Assembly (NCBI GenBank): GCA_002269645.1 | Contig: NIVC01003248.1 | Location: forward strand, 11,161-75,160 | Direction: 5' to 3' | DNA: 64,000 bases | From: Macrostomum lignano | Lineage: Eukaryota | In this document: one piece after another, positions 1-10,308 of the stretch | Position numbering within the stretch: position 1 is the stretch's first letter | Layout of the letters: each line of letters opens with the position of its first letter | Notes under the pieces: model-generated | The model's input: the letters and a program-made list of their open reading frames with translations, nothing else | Database searches by the model: none | What the model was told of the DNA's origin: nothing | Position numbers and translations under genes: made by a program

Positions 1-408
1 TTGCCGAAAGGTCGAAACATGGAGAAAAGTCTCAGTGGATTTCCTTTAAAAAATAAAAATAGGCACAGTCGGGTAGAAATTCAAGTCCTCATTTTGCGGG
101 ATCTAAAACGAGTAGATATGACTGAATAAATGTGAGTAGATAACTATGAAGGTCATGTTTAACACACCTTTAAATAGAATACAGTAAGTAGTTAACCGAG
201 CATTCAAAAGTTGCAACTTATCAAAAATTTGGAGTGCTTTCATGTTAATTTGGCCACTGATGCGCGGCTTTGAGCCCCTCAATACTACTGCAAGTATTTT
301 ATAAAGCTCGTATACCGATAGCTTAAAAAGTTCGGATAGCTTTACTTCAAACAAAAATTCAACGAAACCTAATTATCCAGACCAAGAAACGTTTACCGGT
401 ACATTATT

Positions 409-1216
409 TCCGCCTGCACCCGCCTCACCTGCATCAGCTCCACCTGCATCAGTTCCACCTGCACCAGCCCCACCTGCATCAGCTCCAGCTGCATCAGTTC
501 CACCTGCACTAGCTACACCTGCATCAGCTCCACCTGCATCAGTTCCACCTGCACCAGCCCCACCTGCATCAGCTCCAGCTGCATCAGTTCCACCTGCACT
601 AGCTACACCTGCATCAGCTCCACCTGCATCAGTTCCACCTGCACCAGCCCCACCTGCATCAGCTCCAGCTGCATCAGTTCCACCTGCACTAGCTACACCT
701 GCATCAGCTCCACCTGCATCAGTTCCACCTGCACCAGCCCCACCTGCATCAGCTCCAGCTGCATCAGTTCCACCTGCACTAGCTACACCTGCATCAGCTC
801 CACCTGCATCAGTTCCACCTGCACCAGCCCCACCTGCATCAGCTCCAGCTGCATCAGTTCCACCTGCACCAGCTCCACCTGCACTAGCTCCACCTGCACC
901 AGCTCCACCTGCACCAGCTCCACCTGCACCAGCCCCACCTGCATCAGCTCCAGCTGCATCAGTTCCACCTGCACCAGCTCCACCTGCACTAGCTCCACCT
1001 GCACCAGCTCCACCTGCACCAGCTCCACCTGCACCAGCTCCAGCTGCATCAGTGCTACCTACACCAGCTCCAGCTGCATCAGTGCTACCTGCACCAGCTC
1101 CACCTGCATTAGTTCCACCTGCACCAGCTCCACCTGCACCAGCTCCACCTGCACCAGCTCCACCTGCACCAGCTCCACCTGCACCAGCTCCACCTGCACC
1201 AGCTCCACCTGCATCA
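409..1216. repeat. 15-bp minisatellite (CCACCTGCAYCAGYT) with 90-bp higher-order repeat, in the CYP 3' UTR
   Basis: Tandem 15-mers. The variant AGCTACACCT recurs at 511, 601, 691 and 781 (90-bp period). Confidence 0.97.
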
Positions 1217-3163
1217 GTCGCGAGCTTCAAACAGCAGCCGGTAGTCACCCGGCAGTCTCAAAATGCCGGCCGTGCCCCGCAGAATTTCCTGCCGCCGCTC
1301 GGCGAACCCGGCCGCCAGGCGGACGCGGAACCGCTGCAGCACGGCTGCGAACACCAGATACACCTGCATTCGAGCCAGCGACCTGCCTGCGCACGCCCGG
1401 AGACCCAGGGAGAACGGAACGTTCTTGCTGGCTCTGGCCCGGTCGAAGTTGCCCTCGGCCGTGAGGAATCGCTCCGGCAGGAACTCGTCGGGCCGGGGCC
1501 AAACGCCAGCGTCTCGCGACATTCCGTAGACGAACGGGAAGATCAGCGCGTCGCTAGGGATTCGGTAGCCCCGGAAGACGGTGCCGTCACCCACGGCCCG
1601 GTGGAACATCCCGAGAGGACTGAGCGACACCAGCCGGTAAACTTCTTCGATGACCGCGCAGGTGACGGGTAGCCGGTCTTTGTCCCGCATCAGAGGTCGC
1701 CGCTCGCGTCCGACAATTTTGTCCAGCTCTGCGTGCACTTTGGCCTGCCAGGCCGGCTCGAAGGCGGCGTAGAGCATCAGCCACTCCAGGCTGCGCGCGG
1801 TGGTGTCCGTGCCGGCGAAGAACAGATCCATCACCACCGAAATGATCTGACAATCAGCATTGCGTCATCACAGATGAAAGATGATCCTAATCGCAGATGT
1901 ATGCTCTAAGCGCCCCACATCCAGCAATTCTGCCAATTCCGCTGACTCCTGAGCACATGCATGTACAAGCGCGCCAGTACTGTACGCAGGCACGGTCTCA
2001 TACACAGCCTCAATCTGCCAATTCCGCTGACTCCTGAGCACATGCATGTACAAGCGCGCCAGTACTGTACGCAGGCACGGTCTCATCCACACCCTCAAGC
2101 AGGGTGTACAGCGGTCCTGCCGTGACTTTCTAATCGTCAGGCATGTACACTTTCTGTGCCTTGGAGATTGGCTGTCATGTGTGTGAATCGTATGGACGTA
2201 TCGGCCCAGATACCCAGGTACATGCATATTTACCTGCTGATCCTTGAATGTTTCGAAGTCCCCGCGAGCCTCCGCCCGGCTCCTTTCCTGGATGTAGACG
2301 TCGCACAGGCACTCGGGCTGGAAGGCCTCCACGTCGGCTCCCATCAGCTCCCTGCGCTGTCGAATCTGACCCCGGATGAACTCCTGGTTGGCCGCGACCA
2401 GCCGGGTGAAGTCGCTGGTGTCCGGGATGAGCCGCACCAGCCAGTCCAGCTGGGGGAACAGAAACGACAGGCCCTGCAGCGGACGCGTGGCGAACAGGCC
2501 GCTGGCTGCCGAGCGAATGAAGTCCAGATCCGGGTCGCCACGCTTGAACTGTCGGCCGAGCGTCAGCGTGGCGATCACAGCGTTGCTGGCTTCGGAGAAA
2601 GTGTCCAGCACCTTCACTGGGCTGCCGGACTCGCTGGCCTCACGCAGGTCCGCCAGAATGTCATCCGTCTGGCTGTCGATCAACTTAGCCGAACCGTCTC
2701 TAGCGAAGCCGAAGTCCCTTAGTGTCCTCAGCGCGAGTCGCCGATGCATCTTCCACAGCGGACCTTCGCTGAACAGCAGGCCGCAGCCGCCGCTCTGCCG
2801 CTGGAAGATGGCAGCCTGGCACCTGCCCGTGTAGTTCTCATCCTGGAGCATCTCGTCCGCCATCGCCAAGTCGTTGACAATGACGAACCGCTGGGCGCCC
2901 AGCCTGTAGGAGATGAGCGGGCCGTACTGGTCGCACAGCCGGGCAATGGACTCGTGCATCCGGGTCGGGTCCATGCTCGGCAGTGACCCCAGCACCGGCC
3001 AGCCCCGGGGTCCTGGCGGCAGCGGCGGCTCGCTTTTCTTCCGCCTGCGGACGGCCCTGAGAAGCAGCGCCACCGCTGCCGCTCCCGATGCAACGCCAGT
3101 CAGAAGGAGCAGCGGTCGGTTCTGGGCGCAGCCGAGGAGCCAGTCGCCCGCCTTCAGCAGCAT
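1214..3163 (-). CDS. Cytochrome P450, CYP2 clan-like, copy 1; exons 3163-2234 and 1846-1214 (~520 aa)
   Basis: N-terminal hydrophobic anchor, PPLPPGPRGWPVLGSL hinge, WKMHRR C-helix, AGTDTT I-helix, EEVYR (ExxR), FLPERF and heme motif FSLGLRACAG. A phase-0 GT-AG intron 2233-1847 joins KDQQ to IISVVMDLF. Confidence 0.95.
1925..2200 (+). mobile_element. Dispersed short element in the CYP intron (also 8127-8402), with an internal ~84-bp tandem duplication
   Basis: CTGTACGCAGGCACGGTCTCAT...CAGGGTGTACAGCG...CTTTCTAATCGTCAGGCATG aligns with the reverse complement of 18320-18400. GCAATTCTGCCAATTCCGCTGACT resembles 4709-4732. Confidence 0.65.
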
Positions 3164-4105
3164 TTGCCTGTTCTGTGTTCCTGAGGCCCCCGACTTCAAG
3201 TTGAAACTTTAAGAAAAGTGTTTCCACTTGGCCCATAATCGCATGATGTGGTTGGCGAAACGATGATGCAGAGTGCCTAAATAGTAGTTTTATACTCGTA
3301 GTACCGTGTTTAAAAGAATCGTACTCAGACCGAACTGTTCTCAAGCCTTTCCAGAGTTCCTTGCCTGTGAGAAAGTTCAGTTTTTTTTCTGTACATTCGC
3401 TTAGATTATACAGCTGCCTGAGAGGCTTTCTTGGGTTCTCGTTCGTCTCTTGCGGACACAGCTTCAAATACACAGCTCACGCTCCAAGTACTTTTAATTG
3501 TGAAGCAAATTACTTTCGAATTCCAAGAAAACAGAAACACCTGTTTTGAGCTCAACTGTCTCTTTCAAATAATTTCTTTATTGCCTGTAGTTTTTTGACA
3601 CGTACACCCAGGCACACAAACTCTGCCTCGGTCTGTGCGTTCTCTTTTGTTCTTGTCAATCACCTGGCCGGTTCAGCGGAGCGCTCGCATAGCAGAGTTT
3701 GCGCGAGAGTACATGCTGATGGGGCTGCGTCTGTGTTTCATGCAGCTTTCAGCTCAATTTCAAAAAAAGCATGCCAATTCGGGTTTTAAGTTGGAGATTT
3801 CTGAGCGCGCTGACAAACTTGGAGAAAGTTTAATTGTTCAAGAAAAGAATGCTATTTCTGTTAGCTGTCAGATCTATTTCCTGAGTGAGTCACCAATGAT
3901 TCACGGCTCAATGCCAGGTGGGTTGGGCTATTCAATTGGTTTGATTTTATTGGCTGTAATTGCAGCTTACACAGGGAGCAGTTGGCAGGCATCGTTGGCT
4001 AAGCTATCGATTTCATATTGACAGACCATAAAAGGCGACTTCAGTCTCGAGTAAACAAGAGACTTGGACCGAGCTCACTGTTCCGGTTGTTCTCAGCGCA
4101 TCGAA
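3164..4105. promoter_or_regulatory. Candidate bidirectional promoter between head-to-head CYP and DEG/ENaC (second copy 9366-10308)
   Basis: The two start codons diverge ~940 bp apart. Position only; no motif was verified. Confidence 0.45.
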
Positions 4106-4630
4106 ATGGCGTCTTGGCAGCAGCAGCAGCAGCAGCAGTCGAAAGCCGAGCTGGGAAAGCTCCGACGCAATGCACTGGTCTCCTTTGCTGAGAACACCTC
4201 AGCCCACGGAATCATGCACCTGACCCGGGGCTCAGGGGTCAGCCGCTTCATCTGGGTGGTGGTGATCGTGGGCGCCTGCGCCGGCTTTGCTCTGCACCTC
4301 AATGAGCTGGCCCAGCGGTACCTGAGCTACCCGGTGAGCACTGAGTTCTCCAGCGAGGGCGCCGACTTTCAGTTTCCGACTGTGACCATTTGCCCGACCT
4401 ACTTCATCACTTACAACACACCTGCAATTGAAAGCAATTATTCAGTACCGGGTGGGTGCGATGCCTTGCCAGTGTGAGCAGATGCTTTTGCATATCCTTA
4501 CACATTTTAACTGCATGAAATCTCGCTTCTCTATGTAGGTCATTCCAGGAACCTGAACCAGATGATCTTCGACATCGCGCTGCTGTTCTATCGCGCTGCT
4601 ATTATATCAGTTCTATCAGGACTGATATAA
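4106..4630 (+). pseudogene. Truncated DEG/ENaC paralog (exon 1 4106-4451, partial exon 2 from 4539; junction-derived stop at 4628-4630)
   Basis: Identical to 10309-10795 (HG motif FAENTSAHG, TM1, FPTVTIC), then breaks at 4592. The frame continues RAAIISVLSGLI*. Confidence 0.9.
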
Positions 4631-5254
4631 TGAATGTTCACAACAGCCTGATGCAACGACTTTGGCTTCATCGGGTCTCAACTACGAGCCGTAGCGGTAG
4701 TGGTATGGCAATTCTTCCCATTCCGCTGACTTTACCTGAAACTTTACCTGTACGAACTGAAGTCTGCCGAACAATTAACTGAACTGACACATGTGCCGCT
4801 TTAATATTAAAGGCAACGCAGATGTAGCACAGTGCAAGAGTTTATATGCCTAGTATTTTAACAGGTGCGTACAGTAAGTAGTACACTGTTCGTGTCATGC
4901 ACTCGCATGTCGCACGCCCATTGGCTGTGTGCTTCGAATTCAGCGTCAACATCCTTAATTAAGAGTAAGCTAACAGTGATGCGGTAGATATCTGGGGGCG
5001 TGATGAATCATTCTATTTTTGGCGATAACATTGGCGGTAAACACTGCTACGAGGTGCACACGAAGTGAGTTCTAAAGCGTTCGAATTTCTCTGGATTTAG
5101 AAGTCAGGCAGTTACAACAGTCGGCTCCTTTGCTCAGCACTTGCTCAGGACTCTGTAAAGCCGATGGAGCAAACCAACTTTAGCCACACTAATTGCAGTA
5201 GAAATCAACTGATGCTCAAATCGTCGAAACTCATGCATCATTATCGAGGTAATA

Positions 5255-5512
5255 ATCATTAATTGGAGATCCCATTTATCCAGGTACAAATCTCTAATTA
5301 GGTATCCCATCATCCAGGTAGAAATCTCTAATTAAATATCCCATCATCCAGATAAAAATCTCTAATTAAATATCCCATCATCCAGATAAAAATCTCTAAT
5401 TAAATATCCCATCATCCAGGTACAAATCTCTAATTAGGTATCCCAACATCCAGGTAAAAGTCTCTAATTAGAGATCCCCTTCATCCGGGTAAAAATCCGA
5501 ACTATCGATCCC
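5255..5512. repeat. 34-bp minisatellite (CATCCAGRTAMAAATCTCTAATTARRTATCCCAT), ~7 copies
   Basis: Units recur at 5278, 5312 and onward with a 34-bp period. Confidence 0.9.
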
Positions 5513-6385
5513 ATTGTGAAGTTTGCATGCGAGGCTGTGCCTTTATGCTTGTGTTTGTTATTTTATTCCTTCTATTTGGTCACGTGCTCTTTGTACATGG
5601 CTCTGTACATTTTAACCTCTGCCCCTCAGGGGTGATTCGTTTTTACTCTATTCATTATTCTATCGCTGACAATTTATAAAGTGAATGCTTTCGATAAAAA
5701 ATGCCAAATATACTTCCTTTACTTTGCCCTACATTCTCAGCCCTTACACCATTTATCCACAAATAGCTACATGTAGTTAGAGATTCCATTTATCCGGGGC
5801 ACAGTGAAGATTTCGTCACTCAGGTGATCATATTTTTACGAGTATATTTTCAAATAATCGATAAAATTATTGGTGATCAGATAGTTGAATGAGTGAGCGC
5901 AGTTACTGCGAAACCAGAACTGAAACTACCAGAGGAAGCTGGAAAGATTTCCTCGAGCTGAATTCACGTCGAAAAAGTTGCCGAAAGGTCGAAACATGGA
6001 GAAAAGTCTCAGTGGATTTCCTTTAAAAAATAAAAATAGGCACAGTCGGGTAGAAATTCAAGTCCTCATTTTGCGGGATCTAAAACGAGTAGATATGACT
6101 GAATAAATGTGAGTAGATAACTATGAAGGTCATGTTTAACACACCTTTAAATAGAATACAGTAAGTAGTTAACCGAGCATTCAAAAGTTGCAACTTATCA
6201 AAAATTTGGAGTGCTTTCATGTTAATTTGGCCACTGATGCGCGGCTTTGAGCCCCTCAATACTACTGCAAGTATTTTATAAAGCTCGTATACCGATAGCT
6301 TAAAAAGTTCGGATAGCTTTACTTCAAACAAAAATTCAACGAAACCTAATTATCCAGACCAAGAAACGTTTACCGGTACATTATT

Positions 6386-7418
6386 TCCGCCTGCACCCGC
6401 CTCACCTGCATCAGCTCCACCTGCATCAGTTCCACCTGCACCAGCCCCACCTGCATCAGCTCCAGCTGCATCAGTTCCACCTGCACTAGCTACACCTGCA
6501 TCAGCTCCACCTGCATCAGTTCCACCTGCACCAGCCCCACCTGCATCAGCTCCAGCTGCATCAGTTCCACCTGCACTAGCTACACCTGCATCAGCTCCAC
6601 CTGCATCAGTTCCACCTGCACCAGCCCCACCTGCATCAGCTCCAGCTGCATCAGTTCCACCTGCACTAGCTACACCTGCATCAGCTCCACCTGCATCAGT
6701 TCCACCTGCACCAGCCCCACCTGCATCAGCTCCAGCTGCATCAGTTCCACCTGCACTAGCTACACCTGCATCAGCTCCACCTGCATCAGTTCCACCTGCA
6801 CCAGCCCCACCTGCATCAGCTCCAGCTGCATCAGTTCCACCTGCACCAGCTCCACCTGCACTAGCTCCACCTGCACCAGCTCCACCTGCACCAGCTCCAC
6901 CTGCACCAGCCCCACCTGCATCAGCTCCAGCTGCATCAGTTCCACCTGCACCAGCTCCAGCTGCATCAGTTCCACCTGCACTAGCTACACCTGCATCAGC
7001 TCCACCTGCATCAGTTCCACCTGCACCAGCCCCACCTGCATCAGCTCCAGCTGCATCAGTTCCACCTGCACCAGCTCCACCTGCACTAGCTCCACCTGCA
7101 CCAGCTCCACCTGCACCAGCTCCACCTGCACCAGCCCCACCTGCATCAGCTCCAGCTGCATCAGTTCCACCTGCACCAGCTCCACCTGCACTAGCTCCAC
7201 CTGCACCAGCTCCACCTGCACCAGCTCCACCTGCACCAGCTCCAGCTGCATCAGTGCTACCTACACCAGCTCCAGCTGCATCAGTGCTACCTGCACCAGC
7301 TCCACCTGCATTAGTTCCACCTGCACCAGCTCCACCTGCACCAGCTCCACCTGCACCAGCTCCACCTGCACCAGCTCCACCTGCACCAGCTCCACCTGCA
7401 CCAGCTCCACCTGCATCA
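6386..7418. repeat. 15-bp minisatellite, copy 2, 225 bp (15 units) longer than copy 1
   Basis: The offset changes from 5977 to 6202 across the array. The TACACC variant occurs at 6761 and again at 6986. Confidence 0.95.
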
Positions 7419-9365
7419 GTCGCGAGCTTCAAACAGCAGCCGGTAGTCACCCGGCAGTCTCAAAATGCCGGCCGTGCCCCGCAGAATTTCCTGCCGCCGC
7501 TCGGCGAACCCGGCCGCCAGGCGGACGCGGAACCGCTGCAGCACGGCTGCGAACACCAGATACACCTGCATTCGAGCCAGCGACCTGCCTGCGCACGCCC
7601 GGAGACCCAGGGAGAACGGAACGTTCTTGCTGGCTCTGGCCCGGTCGAAGTTGCCCTCGGCCGTGAGGAATCGCTCCGGCAGGAACTCGTCGGGCCGGGG
7701 CCAAACGCCAGCGTCTCGCGACATTCCGTAGACGAACGGGAAGATCAGCGCGTCGCTAGGGATTCGGTAGCCCCGGAAGACGGTGCCGTCACCCACGGCC
7801 CGGTGGAACATCCCGAGAGGACTGAGCGACACCAGCCGGTAAACTTCTTCGATGACCGCGCAGGTGACGGGTAGCCGGTCTTTGTCCCGCATCAGAGGTC
7901 GCCGCTCGCGTCCGACAATTTTGTCCAGCTCTGCGTGCACTTTGGCCTGCCAGGCCGGCTCGAAGGCGGCGTAGAGCATCAGCCACTCCAGGCTGCGCGC
8001 GGTGGTGTCCGTGCCGGCGAAGAACAGATCCATCACCACCGAAATGATCTGACAATCAGCATTGCGTCATCACAGATGAAAGATGATCCTAATCGCAGAT
8101 GTATGCTCTAAGCGCCCCACATCCAGCAATTCTGCCAATTCCGCTGACTCCTGAGCACATGCATGTACAAGCGCGCCAGTACTGTACGCAGGCACGGTCT
8201 CATACACAGCCTCAATCTGCCAATTCCGCTGACTCCTGAGCACATGCATGTACAAGCGCGCCAGTACTGTACGCAGGCACGGTCTCATCCACACCCTCAA
8301 GCAGGGTGTACAGCGGTCCTGCCGTGACTTTCTAATCGTCAGGCATGTACACTTTCTGTGCCTTGGAGATTGGCTGTCATGTGTGTGAATCGTATGGACG
8401 TATCGGCCCAGATACCCAGGTACATGCATATTTACCTGCTGATCCTTGAATGTTTCGAAGTCCCCGCGAGCCTCCGCCCGGCTCCTTTCCTGGATGTAGA
8501 CGTCGCACAGGCACTCGGGCTGGAAGGCCTCCACGTCGGCTCCCATCAGCTCCCTGCGCTGTCGAATCTGACCCCGGATGAACTCCTGGTTGGCCGCGAC
8601 CAGCCGGGTGAAGTCGCTGGTGTCCGGGATGAGCCGCACCAGCCAGTCCAGCTGGGGGAACAGAAACGACAGGCCCTGCAGCGGACGCGTGGCGAACAGG
8701 CCGCTGGCTGCCGAGCGAATGAAGTCCAGATCCGGGTCGCCACGCTTGAACTGTCGGCCGAGCGTCAGCGTGGCGATCACAGCGTTGCTGGCTTCGGAGA
8801 AAGTGTCCAGCACCTTCACTGGGCTGCCGGACTCGCTGGCCTCACGCAGGTCCGCCAGAATGTCATCCGTCTGGCTGTCGATCAACTTAGCCGAACCGTC
8901 TCTAGCGAAGCCGAAGTCCCTTAGTGTCCTCAGCGCGAGTCGCCGATGCATCTTCCACAGCGGACCTTCGCTGAACAGCAGGCCGCAGCCGCCGCTCTGC
9001 CGCTGGAAGATGGCAGCCTGGCACCTGCCCGTGTAGTTCTCATCCTGGAGCATCTCGTCCGCCATCGCCAAGTCGTTGACAATGACGAACCGCTGGGCGC
9101 CCAGCCTGTAGGAGATGAGCGGGCCGTACTGGTCGCACAGCCGGGCAATGGACTCGTGCATCCGGGTCGGGTCCATGCTCGGCAGTGACCCCAGCACCGG
9201 CCAGCCCCGGGGTCCTGGCGGCAGCGGCGGCTCGCTTTTCTTCCGCCTGCGGACGGCCCTGAGAAGCAGCGCCACCGCTGCCGCTCCCGATGCAACGCCA
9301 GTCAGAAGGAGCAGCGGTCGGTTCTGGGCGCAGCCGAGGAGCCAGTCGCCCGCCTTCAGCAGCAT
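7416..9365 (-). CDS. Cytochrome P450, CYP2 clan-like, copy 2; exons 9365-8436 and 8048-7416
   Basis: ORF translations are identical to copy 1, with all P450 motifs intact. Confidence 0.95.
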
Positions 9366-10308
9366 TTGCCTGTTCTGTGTTCCTGAGGCCCCCGACTTCA
9401 AGTTGAAACTTTAAGAAAAGTGTTTCCACTTGGCCCCATAATCGCATGATGTGGTTGGCGAAACGATGATGCAGAGTGCCTAAATAGTAGTTTTATACTC
9501 GTAGTACCGTGTTTAAAAGAATCGTACTCAGACCGAACTGTTCTCAAGCCTTTCCAGAGTTCCTTGCCTGTGAGAAAGTTCAGTTTTTTTTCTGTACATT
9601 CGCTTAGATTATACAGCTGCCTGAGAGGCTTTCTTGGGTTCTCGTTCGTCTCTTGCGGACACAGCTTCAAATACACAGCTCACGCTCCAAGTACTTTTAA
9701 TTGTGAAGCAAATTACTTTCGAATTCCAAGAAAACAGAAACACCTGTTTTGAGCTCAACTGTCTCTTTCAAATAATTTCTTTATTGCCTGTAGTTTTTTG
9801 ACACGTACACCCAGGCACACAAACTCTGCCTCGGTCTGTGCGTTCTCTTTTGTTCTTGTCAATCACCTGGCCGGTTCAGCGGAGCGCTCGCATAGCAGAG
9901 TTTGCGCGAGAGTACATGCTGATGGGGCTGCGTCTGTGTTTCATGCAGCTTTCAGCTCAATTTCAAAAAAAGCATGCCAATTCGGGTTTTAAGTTGGAGA
10001 TTTCTGAGCGCGCTGACAAACTTGGAGAAAGTTTAATTGTTCAAGAAAAGAATGCTATTTCTGTTAGCTGTCAGATCTATTTCCTGAGTGAGTCACCAAT
10101 GATTCACGGCTCAATGCCAGGTGGGTTGGGCTATTCAATTGGTTTGATTTTATTGGCTGTAATTGCAGCTTACACAGGGAGCAGTTGGCAGGCATCGTTG
10201 GCTAAGCTATCGATTTCATATTGACAGACCATAAAAGGCGACTTCAGTCTCGAGTAAACAAGAGACTTGGACCGAGCTCACTGTTCCGGTTGTTCTCAGC
10301 GCATCGAA

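Larger units (their letters stand above)
1..4592. repeat. Tandem segmental duplication, copy 1 (left end probably lies outside the window)
   Basis: 1-4592 matches 5978-10795 almost exactly. The offset is 5977 before the minisatellite, 6202 after it, and 6203 after a 1-bp indel near 3232. The ORF track repeats identically. Confidence 0.97.

Noticed and set aside
373-1248. Gly/Ala-rich ORFs (291 aa and 366 aa) and their Pro-rich antisense ORFs
   Set aside because: They are translations of the 15-bp minisatellite in the CYP 3' UTR; any stop-free repeat gives such ORFs.
5965-5998. Hammerhead-like GCCGAAAGGTCGAAACATGG (also 1-21)
   Set aside because: It has a GAAA-CATG palindrome but lacks CUGANGA and the UH cleavage site; at best a decayed motif.
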